Positions 39,451-51,713 of a stretch of 64,000 nt of DNA are shown piece by piece. Location of the stretch: positions 16,742,001-16,806,000 of the forward strand of contig NC_045697.1 in assembly GCF_009834535.1 (NCBI RefSeq). Reading direction: 5' to 3'. Made by a program: the position numbers and the translations under genes. The notes below the pieces were generated by a model. It saw nothing but the letters and a program-made list of their open reading frames with translations. It was not told the DNA's origin and ran no database searches. The stretch's first letter is position 1; the number at the start of each line of letters is the position of its first letter. Origin of the DNA: Camelus ferus. Lineage: Eukaryota.

Positions 39451-40716
39451 CTCCTCCACCCAGAAATCGGCTGTGCCCGTGGCAGTAGGGAATACCAGCT
39501 CCCGAAGTCTTACTGCAGTTTGCTGTGCTCCATATAAGGAGAACAAGCAAGAAAATCCCATCCTTTAAGATTCCTTCTGATTATTTCCATTTCTCTCATA
39601 GGCTCTCAGAGAACAAGTGTTAGCAAATACAGTCAGTGCTGCTCTGCCTAGATCAGCGTAGTTTCCCGGCTGCCTTTTTTTCCGCCCCCCCCATACATGT
39701 AGCATTTCCTCTAACTGCCTTAGGGTGCCTTTTTGAATAAACACTGGATTCCAACCCTAGTGCCCTGGGTTGTACAGTTTGCGTTTGAGACCAAGAATGT
39801 CCGTGGAGTAAGGGAAAAATACCGACATGCCATTAGCAGAAATATTCATTTCTTGAGCTTTTTCATTTTTAAAATTTTTCAGCTTGTAGCCTGAGACAAT
39901 GAGGGCTAATGCAGGCACAACTGTTTTATGATGACACTACGTATTGAATACATAACAAACTCAAGGTACTAGACAACGCCGAAAGACACTTCCCATTACA
40001 CCACCGTGGTCTGATTTAACCCTTCCAAGATCCAGAGTGATGTACGCATGTATGTATATTTGTGAATATACATGTTTTTATAAAATTTTTACCCACTACA
40101 CTTTGGATATCAGCTCTATTCTTTTACCTGATTATAAATTATCTGAAAAAAAAATTCCCCAGGTATCAAAAAGTAATTCTAAAGCACTATTAATTTAATC
40201 TCCTCTTCCACTAAAGTTAAGTTAATGAATTCTCTATTGTCCATCTCTTTAAAAGGAAAAAAATAGTGATTTGCTCTAACTATAAAGTTGCTCAAATATT
40301 AAAGTGAAAGAAAGAAAAACAAACAGAAAAACCAAAAAACACCAGACTGTTTCCTCTTTCAGACCACACATATCTTAGATTTGTCTACTCTGATATCTGC
40401 AACAAGTTGCTAGTATATTCCTGAATAATGTGATGAAATTGACAGTTTGTCATTACTGGACATAAAAAGGTGGCCAAAAGCTTTGACATTTTAAGTTAGC
40501 TGAATACATTTCACTGGTACATTTTCCCTCTTACAAATAGCGGAAAATTACCGTAGTTTAATTTTCTAAATCAAGAAAGAACAGGAAAATACAACCTCGG
40601 GAAGGCTTTTATACATGCAATTAGCGGCATTACTCTGCACTCCCCACAAAGAAACACTAATTTTCTTCCCAATTATATTCTGATTTAATGTAAAACTACA
40701 GTAAATTATTAAATTC

Positions 40717-40729
40717 AGGGCAAAGGTCA
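40717..40729 (+). promoter_or_regulatory. DR1 nuclear-receptor element (PPRE) at about -1.9 kb
   Basis: AGGGCA-A-AGGTCA, a near-consensus DR1. Position and context match the PPRE known ~2 kb upstream of Ppargc1a. Confidence 0.8.
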
Positions 40730-40872
40730 TTGGCTCAACCCTCCACACAGTCAACTGTGAAATAATATTGGTCACTTGACCAAGGAGACTTGATGTTTAT
40801 TATCAGGTGATCCCTGGGTCGTGTTATTCTCTGATACTTTTGTGTTCATTGAATGCTAGGTATCCATTATAT

Positions 40873-40878
<6 letters not shown>

Positions 40879-40928
<50 letters not shown>
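40879..40928. repeat. (AC)25 microsatellite ~2 kb upstream of the exon 1a TSS
   Basis: Direct read. Confidence 0.97.
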
Positions 40929-40930
<2 letters not shown>

Positions 40931-43900
40931 CCTATTCACATCTTTTAGAGATGTTCTTTACACTGGAACATTTTGCATTATTGTTTTTGATACCTTAACC
41001 CACTCATCTTATGTTGTTGGGGTTTTCCTGTTTGTCTTTTTACCACCTCATTTCACTTTTTCTTGATCAAATCAGTACATCCATTGAAACCAGAGGTGTT
41101 TTTTTTATATATATATATATATGCTTGCTTTTTTTTCCTTACCATTACAAAGAGGGTTAGTTAGGGGTCAAAACATTGAAATGATTTATAAACTACAGCA
41201 TACTGCAAATTTCCCCTCAAGTTTCTATTACTGTTCAAATAAAAATATAAATAGATTATTGGGACAAATTAGAGTAGATTCCACTTTTTTTTTTAATCTC
41301 AAAATTACAACTCTAAAGAGAGGGATATTTTAGAGGTCTTATAACTTGGTTAGTTAGCTCTTCAGATTAAAATTTCTCTTCTGTCCAGTTTTCTTCTCTC
41401 AGGAGAACTTAAATTGTTTGTTGCTCACCAACCTCGGTCTTCTCTGGCTTCCCAGGAGGTTTCCACACTTAATACCCACTCTGCCTTGACTGTTCCTCTT
41501 CCTTCCTCCCTGCAGCCCTCTTTTGACCCCTTCGTCAACTCTGCTTCCAGGAGTTCCAAATGTTTTGTTTCAATTGACAAGGATCTATTGAAACCTTATT
41601 GTGTCCCCAGTAACGTACTGCAAGGACTGCCAAGGAGGCATATGTCATGGACACAAGGAGGCTTACAATTTGGGGAGATGACAGACCTTAAAAACGGAGA
41701 AAAATTTGATATAAAATAAACAAGGCTAATTTGCTCAATATCCAGATTCCTGTGCTCTTTAAAACACACCCTTTCTAGGTAAAAGGTCCTTTCACTAACC
41801 ATTAAATTCACACCCAAGTCAACCCCATTTTGTCCTAACAATAGAAGAAGGTATTTATTAACATCTGTGGAGTGTCCATAATGTTCCATATCTACACAGG
41901 GCCTAGATTCCACCCCAGTGGAATTTCTTCCCTCAGTAGTTCTGTTAACGTTTCCCAAGACTCCAGCATTGGTGGAGACAAGAGAGTCTATCCTTAAAGC
42001 TGATAACAGGGGAGAAAATAAACCTTCAAGAGAATAATTCAATTCTATTAAAAAAAAATTGACAAAGTCCCTAACTTCTGGGTTTCCTTCCCTACTCCTG
42101 CCCCAGATCACAGGCTTTTCCCACTATCCATATTTCAGACAATGGCCACTTCTAAAAAATAAACACAATCAAACTCAAATACCCAAGTAGACAACAGCAG
42201 AGAGAATTGGTTTTGGCCTCATTCTTGTATATAGGTGAGAACTCAGAAGTAAAGAGCGACTAGTATAAATATCTTTGCTCATTTGTTTTCATAAGCTTTC
42301 AATAAGCTACATGCGAATATATTTAAGGCTGAAACTTCTCAAGAGAGAAAAATGGAGAAGAAAACAGACAGCAGACTTACACGGGCCAGACACTGAGATT
42401 AGCATTTTACATACTACATTTTAAATAATTTAGTCCTAAAAACTACCCAGTAAAGATTACCTGTGTCCCTACTTTATAACAGAGAAAAATAAGGCAGAGC
42501 AAGGATTTAGATAGCAGCTGAAAAGAGCATACAGGGAAGAGATGTCTGCAAACCCTTCTAGGGAGAACTGAAGTTTCATACATAAGAATAATATTCATTT
42601 CCAAATCAAAAGCACAGCAAAGTACCCCCAGGCAACTTTATAACCAAGAGACTTGTCTACTAAACTGGAAACCAACATTCCTGGGAATGCTGCCTGCCTA
42701 GAAAGGAAAAGGATCTGCCCAGAATGGCTAATATTTTTAAAGTTAATCATTGCTAACAGGCATTCAATTGCTTGCTTTTAATTCCTAGAGGGGCTAATTG
42801 ATCCTGATACCCCATGTCAGGGTCTGAGCACATGCTCTGAGCCTCCAGGACATGTTTGAAGCTGTGACTGTGCAGGGCACAAAAGTTGGTAGCAGGGCAG
42901 GGTATAACAAAGGCCTCTGGCTTATAAACACTCTAAAATGAAGTCTTATTTTACAAAACAGCCATGGTCATGTCATTGTGCACAAAGCACCTTTGGGAAA
43001 AAAATTGAAGAAAATTAGTAGACAGCTTTAGTGCCTCCTAACATTCATTTATTTATTTTATTTTTACTTTTTAAAAATAAGCAAGCAGTGATGTCTTAAG
43101 CAACACATCTCTCATCTCCCATAAAACCTTCTGTAGACCAGCTCTATGCAACTGAGTCAGCCTTTATTTTACCACGGACCTCAAAAGCTGCTGTTGGCAT
43201 TTTTCACATTAAAACAGAAAAAATAATATGAAAATTAATCCTAATTGCAGTCAATTGGACCCATCTAAACATAAAACAAGAAGAATGCTTATTAGGCCCA
43301 CAGATAAAAGATAATAAAAGGATGGTTAAAACCTGATTTTGTCTGGTGCTTAACTCTGCTGTAGTTGTATATCTACAGACATTTTCATTTCCTTTATTAT
43401 TTCAGGTTAATTCATCTATAATGCAGTGAGTTACTGATTATTTAAACAAGAAATGTACAATAGGATTATTTAGCAATTTTTTTTTTTACTGAAACTGAAA
43501 ATAAAGCACATCATATTTTATTAAATTTGGTAGTATATACAAATTTAATCTGCTATTGAACTTCAATAACATAATAATTCACTTAGAAGAAAGATATTTT
43601 TATCACCTAATGAAGTTGGTGAGGGTCAGAGAAAACTGGGTACACAAATTATTAAATTAAAAAAAAAATTGTTGATAAAATAGTTCTCCCTGGTACTTCT
43701 AGAACTTGGGTCCTAATAAGCTTAAGTTTTTTTGATTTTAGAGAACAAACTTGTATTTTCAAGAATTCTCAAAATGGAAGAGTTAAATAAGTGATGTTTT
43801 TTTCTTTTTCTCCTTCTTTCTTTCTTTTTTTTTTTTTTTTTAATCCCACCAGATAAGACTTGGAAGCATTTTGGTTATTTTGCTTTTGTTTCTGTAACAG

Positions 43901-44164
43901 ATTTTTCCAGTGCTTAGGTATTTGAATTTTACTCTAGAAAAGTTAATATATATCTAAAAATGAGGGGATGTAGAAAGAAAATAAGTTCTCATCTTAGGAA
44001 GAAATTAGCTTAACGTCTAAGCTAAATTTTGTGATGTCTTATATAAAAGTTAACTTTATATTTGCTAGCCCAACTAGACACAGGCTTTTTGAGGAAATAT
44101 TTTTAATCAAGAAGACCACTTCTAAGATTGACCTCCACATTTAGCAGCTCCAAAATAGATGTCA

Positions 44165-44800
44165 AATACTACTGGTAGGATTACAAGTGAGTAAAAATTT
44201 TTCTAGAGGACAAGCAGGCAGTATGTATCAAAAATTAAAACTGGGCATCCCTGTAGATCCAGAAATTCTACTTCCAGAAGTTCATCTTAAGGAAATAACA
44301 GGGGTGTGTGTGCAAAGATTTTTGGTATAAGGATAGTCGATACTACATAATTTACTTTATTAAAAACTTAAAGCTGTTGTAAATGCTCAACTATAATGGC
44401 CTAGTTAAATAAATTATAGAGCACTATATATATAAAACCTCATATATATTCATACACATATATTCATTATGTATGTATATTCAATGCTATCATTAAAAAC
44501 CTGTTGTAAGACACATTTAATGGCATAATGAGAAAATGTTCAAAATATATTAAGGTTTAAAATTATGTTGAAAAAACTATAATCACAACAAATTTTCTTA
44601 TAAATATATATATATACACTCAGAAGGAAAGACGAGGAAGAAGAACAAGGAGAAATTATAACCAGGTGTTAATAGTGGCCAGTGACATTGTGTTCCTTTT
44701 AATTTGGGTACGTATGTGAGTATATGTGTCTGTCTGTAATTTTTTAAAATTTTCTGTGATAAACATGTATAACTTTTGTATTCAGAAGAAGAAGAAAAAC
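44165..44800 (+). mobile_element. Ancient L1 (L1M-type) 3' fragment
   Basis: GATCCAGAAATTCTACTTCCAG...TAAGGAAATAA...GTTAAATAAATTATAG, degenerate L1 ORF2 end/3' UTR. Confidence 0.7.
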
Positions 44801-45934
44801 TATTCACTTTTTACAGAAATACAGAGATTCAGACTTGTGACTGAGCCTTCTTAACATACAAGGAACGTAGCAAATAGAAATAGCCCCTGACATCCCATAT
44901 AAGTCTCAATATTCATCATATATTTAAAAGGAAGCCATTTCTGTCTATCACATCGAGTCTAACAGCCACTCCACTCAGGATACAAGGCTGGGAGAAGTTA
45001 CTCCCTGGCACTGAGGAATCCTCTCAGCCCTGAATTATAGGGAGAGGAAAGCTATCAACTACGAGCTTGCCTCAGAGGTGGGCCCAAACCATGGACCCCC
45101 CCCCAGATGCCACTACTGTCTTCACTTTGTTTCTCAACTGGAAATTTCACCAATTAAGTTAAACCAACGTTCCATTCAAAGATGCAGTTATCCTTGGTAG
45201 GGTTAAGGGGGCTTCGTTTATTTATACCAAAAGCATCTACTTGTTCATCATATTTTTTTTCTTACCCTTCCAGCATCTAACAGAGTTCAGAAGCATACAC
45301 CAAGAAAATTAAAAATGAGTAAATGCTTTCAGAATGGTATGATGAAACTATTAAGAAAGTTTCTCAAGAAGGGATTTTTACTGACTGGGGAATCGGAAGG
45401 GGCAGTTCTGGAAGGAAGAAGGGAAGGGCTGTTGGAGGTGTGTCTTTGACTGGAGACAATGAAACTGACTGGAAGAGGAAAATGCAGTCCAAGTTGCAAA
45501 CCAGTGACTTGCAAGGTAACTTCTGGAATACAGTCTGTTCCTAAATGTGGAGCCACCCGGGTGAATGCTGTCACATTGCAGCCCTGTTCTTAGGCAGGAA
45601 GCTCATTCTGGGTTGTCCAAATATCACATCAGAGCCTGGACCACCCCCTCTCCCCAGGAAGGCTGACTATCTCCACAGGAATGAAAGCTGTGCTATTGGC
45701 CTCTTGGAGTTAAAATTTCTCGCAGTTTCATGAGTCTTTCCTGCAAATCACTCTTAATACACTTGAGTGAACATTATTTTGACCATCAAGAATTTTCGTA
45801 AGAAGAGGGTTCATGGGGCTGGAAGCAAGGCCAAGTCTGTGAGCTTTAAAGGGATTGCATGAGGCTCAAGTCTTCCCAATAAGTAGAGTGACTTTATGGA
45901 TCTTGATTTAGTCCAAAATGGAAGAGGAAGGATG

Positions 45935-46085
45935 GGAAGAAAGACATGGGTCCTCACTCAGCTGTGTCATTGGCCTGCAGTTCAACTTTGGGCAATTCAC
46001 TTAATGATTTTAAGCCTCAGTTTCCTTATCTGTCAACGGAGATGGCTGGATTCAATTAGATCTAAGATCCCTGCCACCTCTCAAA
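45935..46085 (+). mobile_element. MIR SINE fragment
   Basis: TTGGGCAATTCACTTAA...GCCTCAGTTTCCTTATCTGT core. Confidence 0.75.
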
Positions 46086-47548
46086 TGAAATGAAGTGTCT
46101 TCCTTGACAGAGACAGGCAACCTGAGAAGACTTCTTTGCACAGGGTGAATCCAAATGTTTCATTGTACAAAGCCACTAGAAGCCAGGGAGGACATGCAAG
46201 AAAGGTGTTCGGTGCTCAGCTTTGCTGAAAGACCATAGCTTCATCACTTTCCTTGCAAGATGGATATTTAACTTCCTAACGATTTCAGAAAAAGAACACA
46301 AGAGAACTTGGGAAATGTAATCATTTGATGCACGTTGGCTGTAAGAAGACTGGCTTCTATAGACCTAGGGTTCTTACAAAGCTTAGCTCATTGCCCCAGA
46401 GAAATAGCAAGCTTTCATCTTGTTTATCGTTTATTCTATTAAGTAGTACAAGTCATGTAGAAGATCAAGTCCTTGCTTGCATAGTAAGGATGGAAAACAC
46501 AAAGCTGGTCTGATAGTGACTATTCACTCATGCCTGCATATAGAAGCAACTGAACATACTAATATGTGATTTGGTTTTACAGCAGGTATGAAACGATGTT
46601 AACCCAGAGAGAGAAGATTTAGGAAAGAGGATGGATCCTAAAATTAAGGTTCTGTAAAAAGAAATAAGGCTTAGAGTATCTAGGGAAATAAGAGCTTAAA
46701 GGAACACTTTTGCCCCCTAATACCAGAGCATCTCCCCACCTCCCTTAAATAAAAAGTTCATTGTACTTGGTAAAAGGAGACCTTACCTCTTTTTAATTTG
46801 AGAAGAATCATCTGAGATATTACTGTAGGGTGTGGAGAGAGAAAAGAAAGTCAGATGCCTAAAATATTTCATCCTGGAATTATCAGCAACTGTATGAAAC
46901 CAACGCTGAATCACAAGATGTATAGTTGATGTATTATTGGGAGTTAGCAAGTTTTCCTATTTGGCTGTTTCCTTTGTACATACAACCTGATTTAGAAGGA
47001 GGTAGATCTGTGCTTCAGAACCAAGTAATCTATGAACCAAGTCAACGTGGAGAGATTTTCCTTTAGGGCTGAATTAATAGCCATAGGCACATTAACTTCC
47101 CTAATAGAAATTTTGAAGAAGGATCCCTGGTGACCACGGAGTAAGCAAAGTAAGACCAGGTAAATGATAGACTCGGGCAGGACAAAGCCTGTGTAAACCT
47201 CCAGCCATCCTCAGACAACGCTGGCCATTCATGCAGTATCCTCTACCATGACAAATGTAACTTCCCATTGTCCTGCTCCCAGAGAGAAGCAACAATAAGG
47301 AAACGAACATAAGAAATCTTGATTTCTGGGCCTGTGAAACAATCTCCAAAAGGCAGTTTACAAGAGTCTCCCTTTTCAACAGTCCAAAAACTTTATTTTT
47401 CTCTAAAGAGTCCAGATTGTACTTTGCCCCAAGCGGATGGTCAGAAAGGATTCTTTTCCTCTCTCTTTTCAAAACAAAAATCTCTGACAACTCCTGCGCT
47501 GTAACTTTCTACCATCCATCTCAGGACGTCCATTTCCATGTAGGGTAC

Positions 47549-47558
47549 CTAAAAATAG
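47549..47558 (+). promoter_or_regulatory. Consensus MEF2 site between the two promoters
   Basis: CTAAAAATAG exact match; motif only. Confidence 0.45.
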
Positions 47559-47869
47559 GCCACACCTAACCTTTTGCACAGCCATACAAAGCTACTTAGT
47601 GGGAACTCCAGCTCGGCGCTCTCCCGCGGGTATTTTCAGACTGTGCCCTCTTTGTCTTCCCTATTATATTACCCTATGTTGAATATTGCGTAAAAACACA
47701 GGATAAGACGGGTTGGCTGGGAGGTACCTTGCATTGCAACCGCTAAGCTCCATATTTGAGCTTTGTTATTTGCTGTACACTGAATCAAAGGAAACTATGA
47801 TTATAACGTTCTAAAAAGAGCAACTTAAATCAAATTAATGTTCGATAAACTTATTAATTCCACTCATAA

Positions 47870-48290
47870 TACGATAGTCATTGAGGCTCTCATACACTTC
47901 AAAAGTATAGCCAAAGGCGCCAATGGGAATGAATACACTTCTATTAGCTCAAAATTTGGATAAACCCCACAAACATAATGTGAAGCAAAAGAAGCCAGAC
48001 ACCAAAAAAGTGCACACCTGATTATTCTAGTCTTTATATAAACAATGACAGACACAGCTATGCCTAATTTATGCGCCTGGAACTCAGGATAGAGGTTGCC
48101 TTTGGTGGTGGTTGGAGGCTGGAAGCGTGGTGTGGGGGAGGGGCTCCAGAAAGCTAGTTACGGTTTATTTCCTGCTGTCAGTGCTGGTTACCTGGGCATG
48201 TTTAGTGAGTGAAAGTTCATGGAGCTAAACCCTTATGATACATGCACTTCTCAGCGTTCACAGTATACGTCAATAGAAAGTTTAAAGAGC
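47870..48290 (+). mobile_element. Ancient L1ME-like 3' fragment
   Basis: AAACATAATG...AAAAGAAGCCAGACACCAAA...GTGCTGGTTAC.TGGG pattern. Confidence 0.65.
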
Positions 48291-48664
48291 ACAAAGGACA
48301 AAGAGAAAAGAGTGTGCCTACATTACCAAGTTTTAAATTTTGCTTCCTTTCAGTTAAAAAAAAAAAATTCAGAACGTTCAATTCATCTGAAAGAAGCCAG
48401 TTAAACCACACAGACAGTCAGAAGAGGAGTAGGAATCAAGGGACCTGATGCGTAGATTTGTTTGTTGACCTTGGACAAAGCCATTTCAACTTTCTAGATC
48501 TACTTTCTATCAAAAGATGCGATAGGATTAGGCATCTCTGAATGTATTTCTTCAGTGAATGAAGCGAAGGAGACTTCCAACTCTAAAACATGGTATTTTG
48601 CCCTGGGTTTAAAATTCGTTATGAAAGGGAGTCTTTGACTTGGTTTGAAAACATTGTCTCGTTC

Positions 48665-48870
48665 TCTGAGAACATAAACTTTGGGATCAGATCTGCCACT
48701 TGGTATCTGTGTGATCCTGAGTGAGTTACCTAAACTATCTGACCTTTCATTCTCATCTGTGAAAACGACAATAAAAACACCTTTTTTGCAGGATTTGTGT
48801 TAGGGTTAAATGAGATATATATGAGCCTGGTGCTTGGTGTATAAGAAGTACTCCGTAAGGATACCTGTTA
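48665..48870 (+). mobile_element. MIR SINE
   Basis: TCTGCCACTT...TGTGTGATCCTGAGTGAGTTACCTAA...CTCATCTGTGAAA...TTAAATGAGATA. Confidence 0.75.
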
Positions 48871-49597
48871 TTCACATATGGATACTTAAAAGGCATTTAA
48901 CATCAAGCACCATTAAAGTAGATGAATAAGTTTGCTCTTTACCTGGCTTCCTCATCTAAAAAAGTTCTAGAAACATAGCAGAGCTGACTTTCTTTTGAAG
49001 TCTTACATTAAGCTGACTTTCTGTGAGGGTGCACGCAGAATCATCACCAAGGCTGTCGGTCTGCCAAGTGTCTGTACCTGAAGGAAAGTAAAACCAGCCT
49101 CATACCAGTCCTGACCTGGCTCTGCCTCTACAGAGACCAGAAGCAGCAAGTGCAGAAAACAGTTTTTGTTTCCATGATGCTGGCCACAGAATTGATTTGA
49201 GCCAAAAGTCTTTCAAGAGTCTCTCTGTTAAGAAACAAGACATCCATATGGTGCCTGAAAACTGACAAGATCCCATGAGTTCGCAAATTCGAGAAGATTT
49301 GCAAAGTAGCAGATAGTGTTTTAAAATGATGAGATCTGTGAGGCAAGAATGGAAAAGAAAGCCACAGGAGCAAAACAATCCAACATCAAGTCAATTTTGC
49401 CACCACTGGCCCATCAACTAAATCGTCTCAGCATTTACGCTCTTCTCGAATTTGTGATCAATCAGACAATCACTTTTTAAATTGATAGCATGATATAAAG
49501 GATATGTGATATTTTGTCTAAGATATTTAAGGGTTTTTTTTCTTTCAAGTAATTTTTCTGTGTAAGGATGTCCTGCCAAGTTGGCATATAAGTTGAC

Positions 49598-49895
49598 AAC
49601 CGTGGCATCCAACGCAGCAGCCACTACTCACGTATGAGCATCTGAAATGTGTCCGGTCAAAACTGTGGTGTGCTGTCCATGCAAAATATACAGAGGATCT
49701 CAAAGTCTTAAGCATGAACAATTGAATGGAAGATACCTCATCAATAATTTACAGTGATGACATATGGATATAATATTTTGGACATACTAGAAAAAATATT
49801 TTATTAAAATTAAATTTACCTTGTCCAAATGCAGTGACTAGAAAATTCAAAATTACATATACAATGTGTATAATCTTCCTGTTTGACAATGGTGG
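49598..49895. mobile_element. MER33/MER3-like hAT-Charlie remnant
   Basis: GCAGCCACTA...TGAGCATCTGAAATGTG...GTGACTAGAAAATTCAAAATTACATAT pattern. Confidence 0.7.
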
Positions 49896-51243
49896 CCTGA
49901 AGTTTTGCACTCAAGTAAGTAATATCATAGATGCCAATAAAATGAATGAATGACAAGATGAGGAAATTTCAGAATAAAAGGGGGTATTAGAGCAGGGCCC
50001 CCGCAGCACACAGCTCTGGGGAGCATCACTCCCATCCCAGCCAGTCAAGAGTGGTCCTTGGATTTTTAACCCTCTTCCCGCACAGCCCTGTGTTAAATGC
50101 TGTAAAACCATCCACCGTGTAGAATCAGGAATCCCTTACAGAACATCCCTGAGGCAATCCCATATATCTTTTCAACACCTTTCCACAACTTTTCAAAACA
50201 TATACATAATAATGAGATGGAAATTTAGAAAGTGAGTCCCCCAAACCAGGACTCCAGATTGGGAGAGTAGAAAATAGCGCTGATCATATAAAACTCTACT
50301 AGGCTGTGGGAGAAGGCCAGGGCCGCACAAAGTATGCAAAGTCCGAGGGAAGCAATGTTCTCAAGAAGACTGTTTTCCTCCTGGAGACCAGAAGCATTTT
50401 TCAGAGGGTAACATTCACTTTAATTACAAAATGCACCCGCCTCTCTCTTCCAAGGGAGAAAAGTCTGTTGTTGCATCTATAATGTAGCTTTAGTTTCTGA
50501 TGCCAAAAATGATTCAGTAAACACAGTTATGTTATGGTATACTATTTCTTATTCAGTACTCAGATTAATCTCAAGGCAGTGCTGGCATTAATTCAATTTG
50601 ACGCCTGCTCTTAGGATTTCACATAGGTGCCTTCACCCAATTTTTCACAACTAATAAAATTTTTAATTCATGGTAATATATTTATTTCTAGTTCAGTTCA
50701 TGTTAAGGAGTGCAATACTTTCCAGAAAACTAATTAATATCAATCATATATTATAACGCTTTTAATGGTTCAGAGGAAAATCTTACACGAGGGGAAAGAT
50801 TAGATGAACCAGGGGGTCTTAACCCATCCTATTTACTCTATTTTTGGGATTTGAGAGAAAGATACCAAGCATGCTTTAAAATATCAGTTTAATGGGAGGT
50901 GTGCAGCATGGGAAGTCTGGGAATTAAGAACCCTGGTTCTGATCTCTAATACGACATTGATTTGATGTGGCCCAAGAATGTAATTTGCACTCTTAGAAAC
51001 TCTGTTTCCTACCTATTTTGTGTAACAACCATATAATTTGCAAGTTGGTAAAGATATTCAAATTCAGATACATGGCACTATTAAAGTAATGAACAACTTC
51101 ACTAATAGCATGCCTTCTGCAATTGTCGGTAACAATTCTATTTTTATGTAATGTTTGAGCAATGCTAATAGCACCATATTTCCTGGGATTGGGCCTATAG
51201 TCAGCAAGACAGTACAAGTGTGAATCCTTCAGTACGACCAAAG

Positions 51244-51260
51244 CAGTGCCCCCTGGCGTT
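51244..51260 (-). promoter_or_regulatory. CTCF-like core motif
   Basis: Minus strand AACGCCAGGGGGCACTG, close to CCRSYAGRKGGCRS. Confidence 0.5.
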
Positions 51261-51652
51261 GTGCAATGCAGCGGCCCTCAGATTGCCTTAAGGAACTACC
51301 TTTAAAAGGCCTAATTCTCTCCTAGGTACAAAAGACAGTGTTTATACAATTCTTTGAACATCTTAAAAAATAATAATACTCATGCAATAGGTCCCTTGAA
51401 GTTGCAAGGTCATCCTATTCAGCCTTTCCAAATTAGGCATTAGGCATTCATCCATTCTATAACAACTTTCCCACACTGACATGCTACCAAGCAAAAAATA
51501 AAGTTTAATAAATAAATAAAAATAAAAGGAGAGGCACATCCTATTCCTTTTTTGCCTCTTTTAACAATCTGCAAATAAAACCTCTAAATCCGGTAGATAA
51601 GTTTTTTCCCTTAAATCTTGATAATTAGAAAGAAAACTAAAAGCCAAAACAC

Positions 51653-51679
51653 CAGCAGGATACTGGGTGCACAGAACAT
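51653..51679 (-). CDS. PPARGC1A: Exon 1c (1b') putative coding segment MFCAPSILL
   Basis: ATG TTC TGT GCA CCC AGT ATC CTG CTG|gtgttt; 27 nt, phase 0. Ends like the known MLL N-terminus of PGC-1alpha-c; the donor is weak. Confidence 0.45.
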
Positions 51680-51695
51680 GCCTCTTCATACTCAC

Positions 51696-51713
51696 TTGCA
51701 AAGCTGAATCCAT
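51696..51713 (-). CDS. PPARGC1A: Exon 1b residual in-frame coding segment MDSALQ
   Basis: Only ATG in frame with exon 2 (18 nt, phase 0); in-frame TGA upstream at 51740-51738. Confidence 0.55.

Noticed and set aside
41596..42111. Longest ORF (171 aa, minus strand)
   Set aside because: Non-ATG start, no recognisable domain, overlaps an L2-like fragment; consistent with chance.
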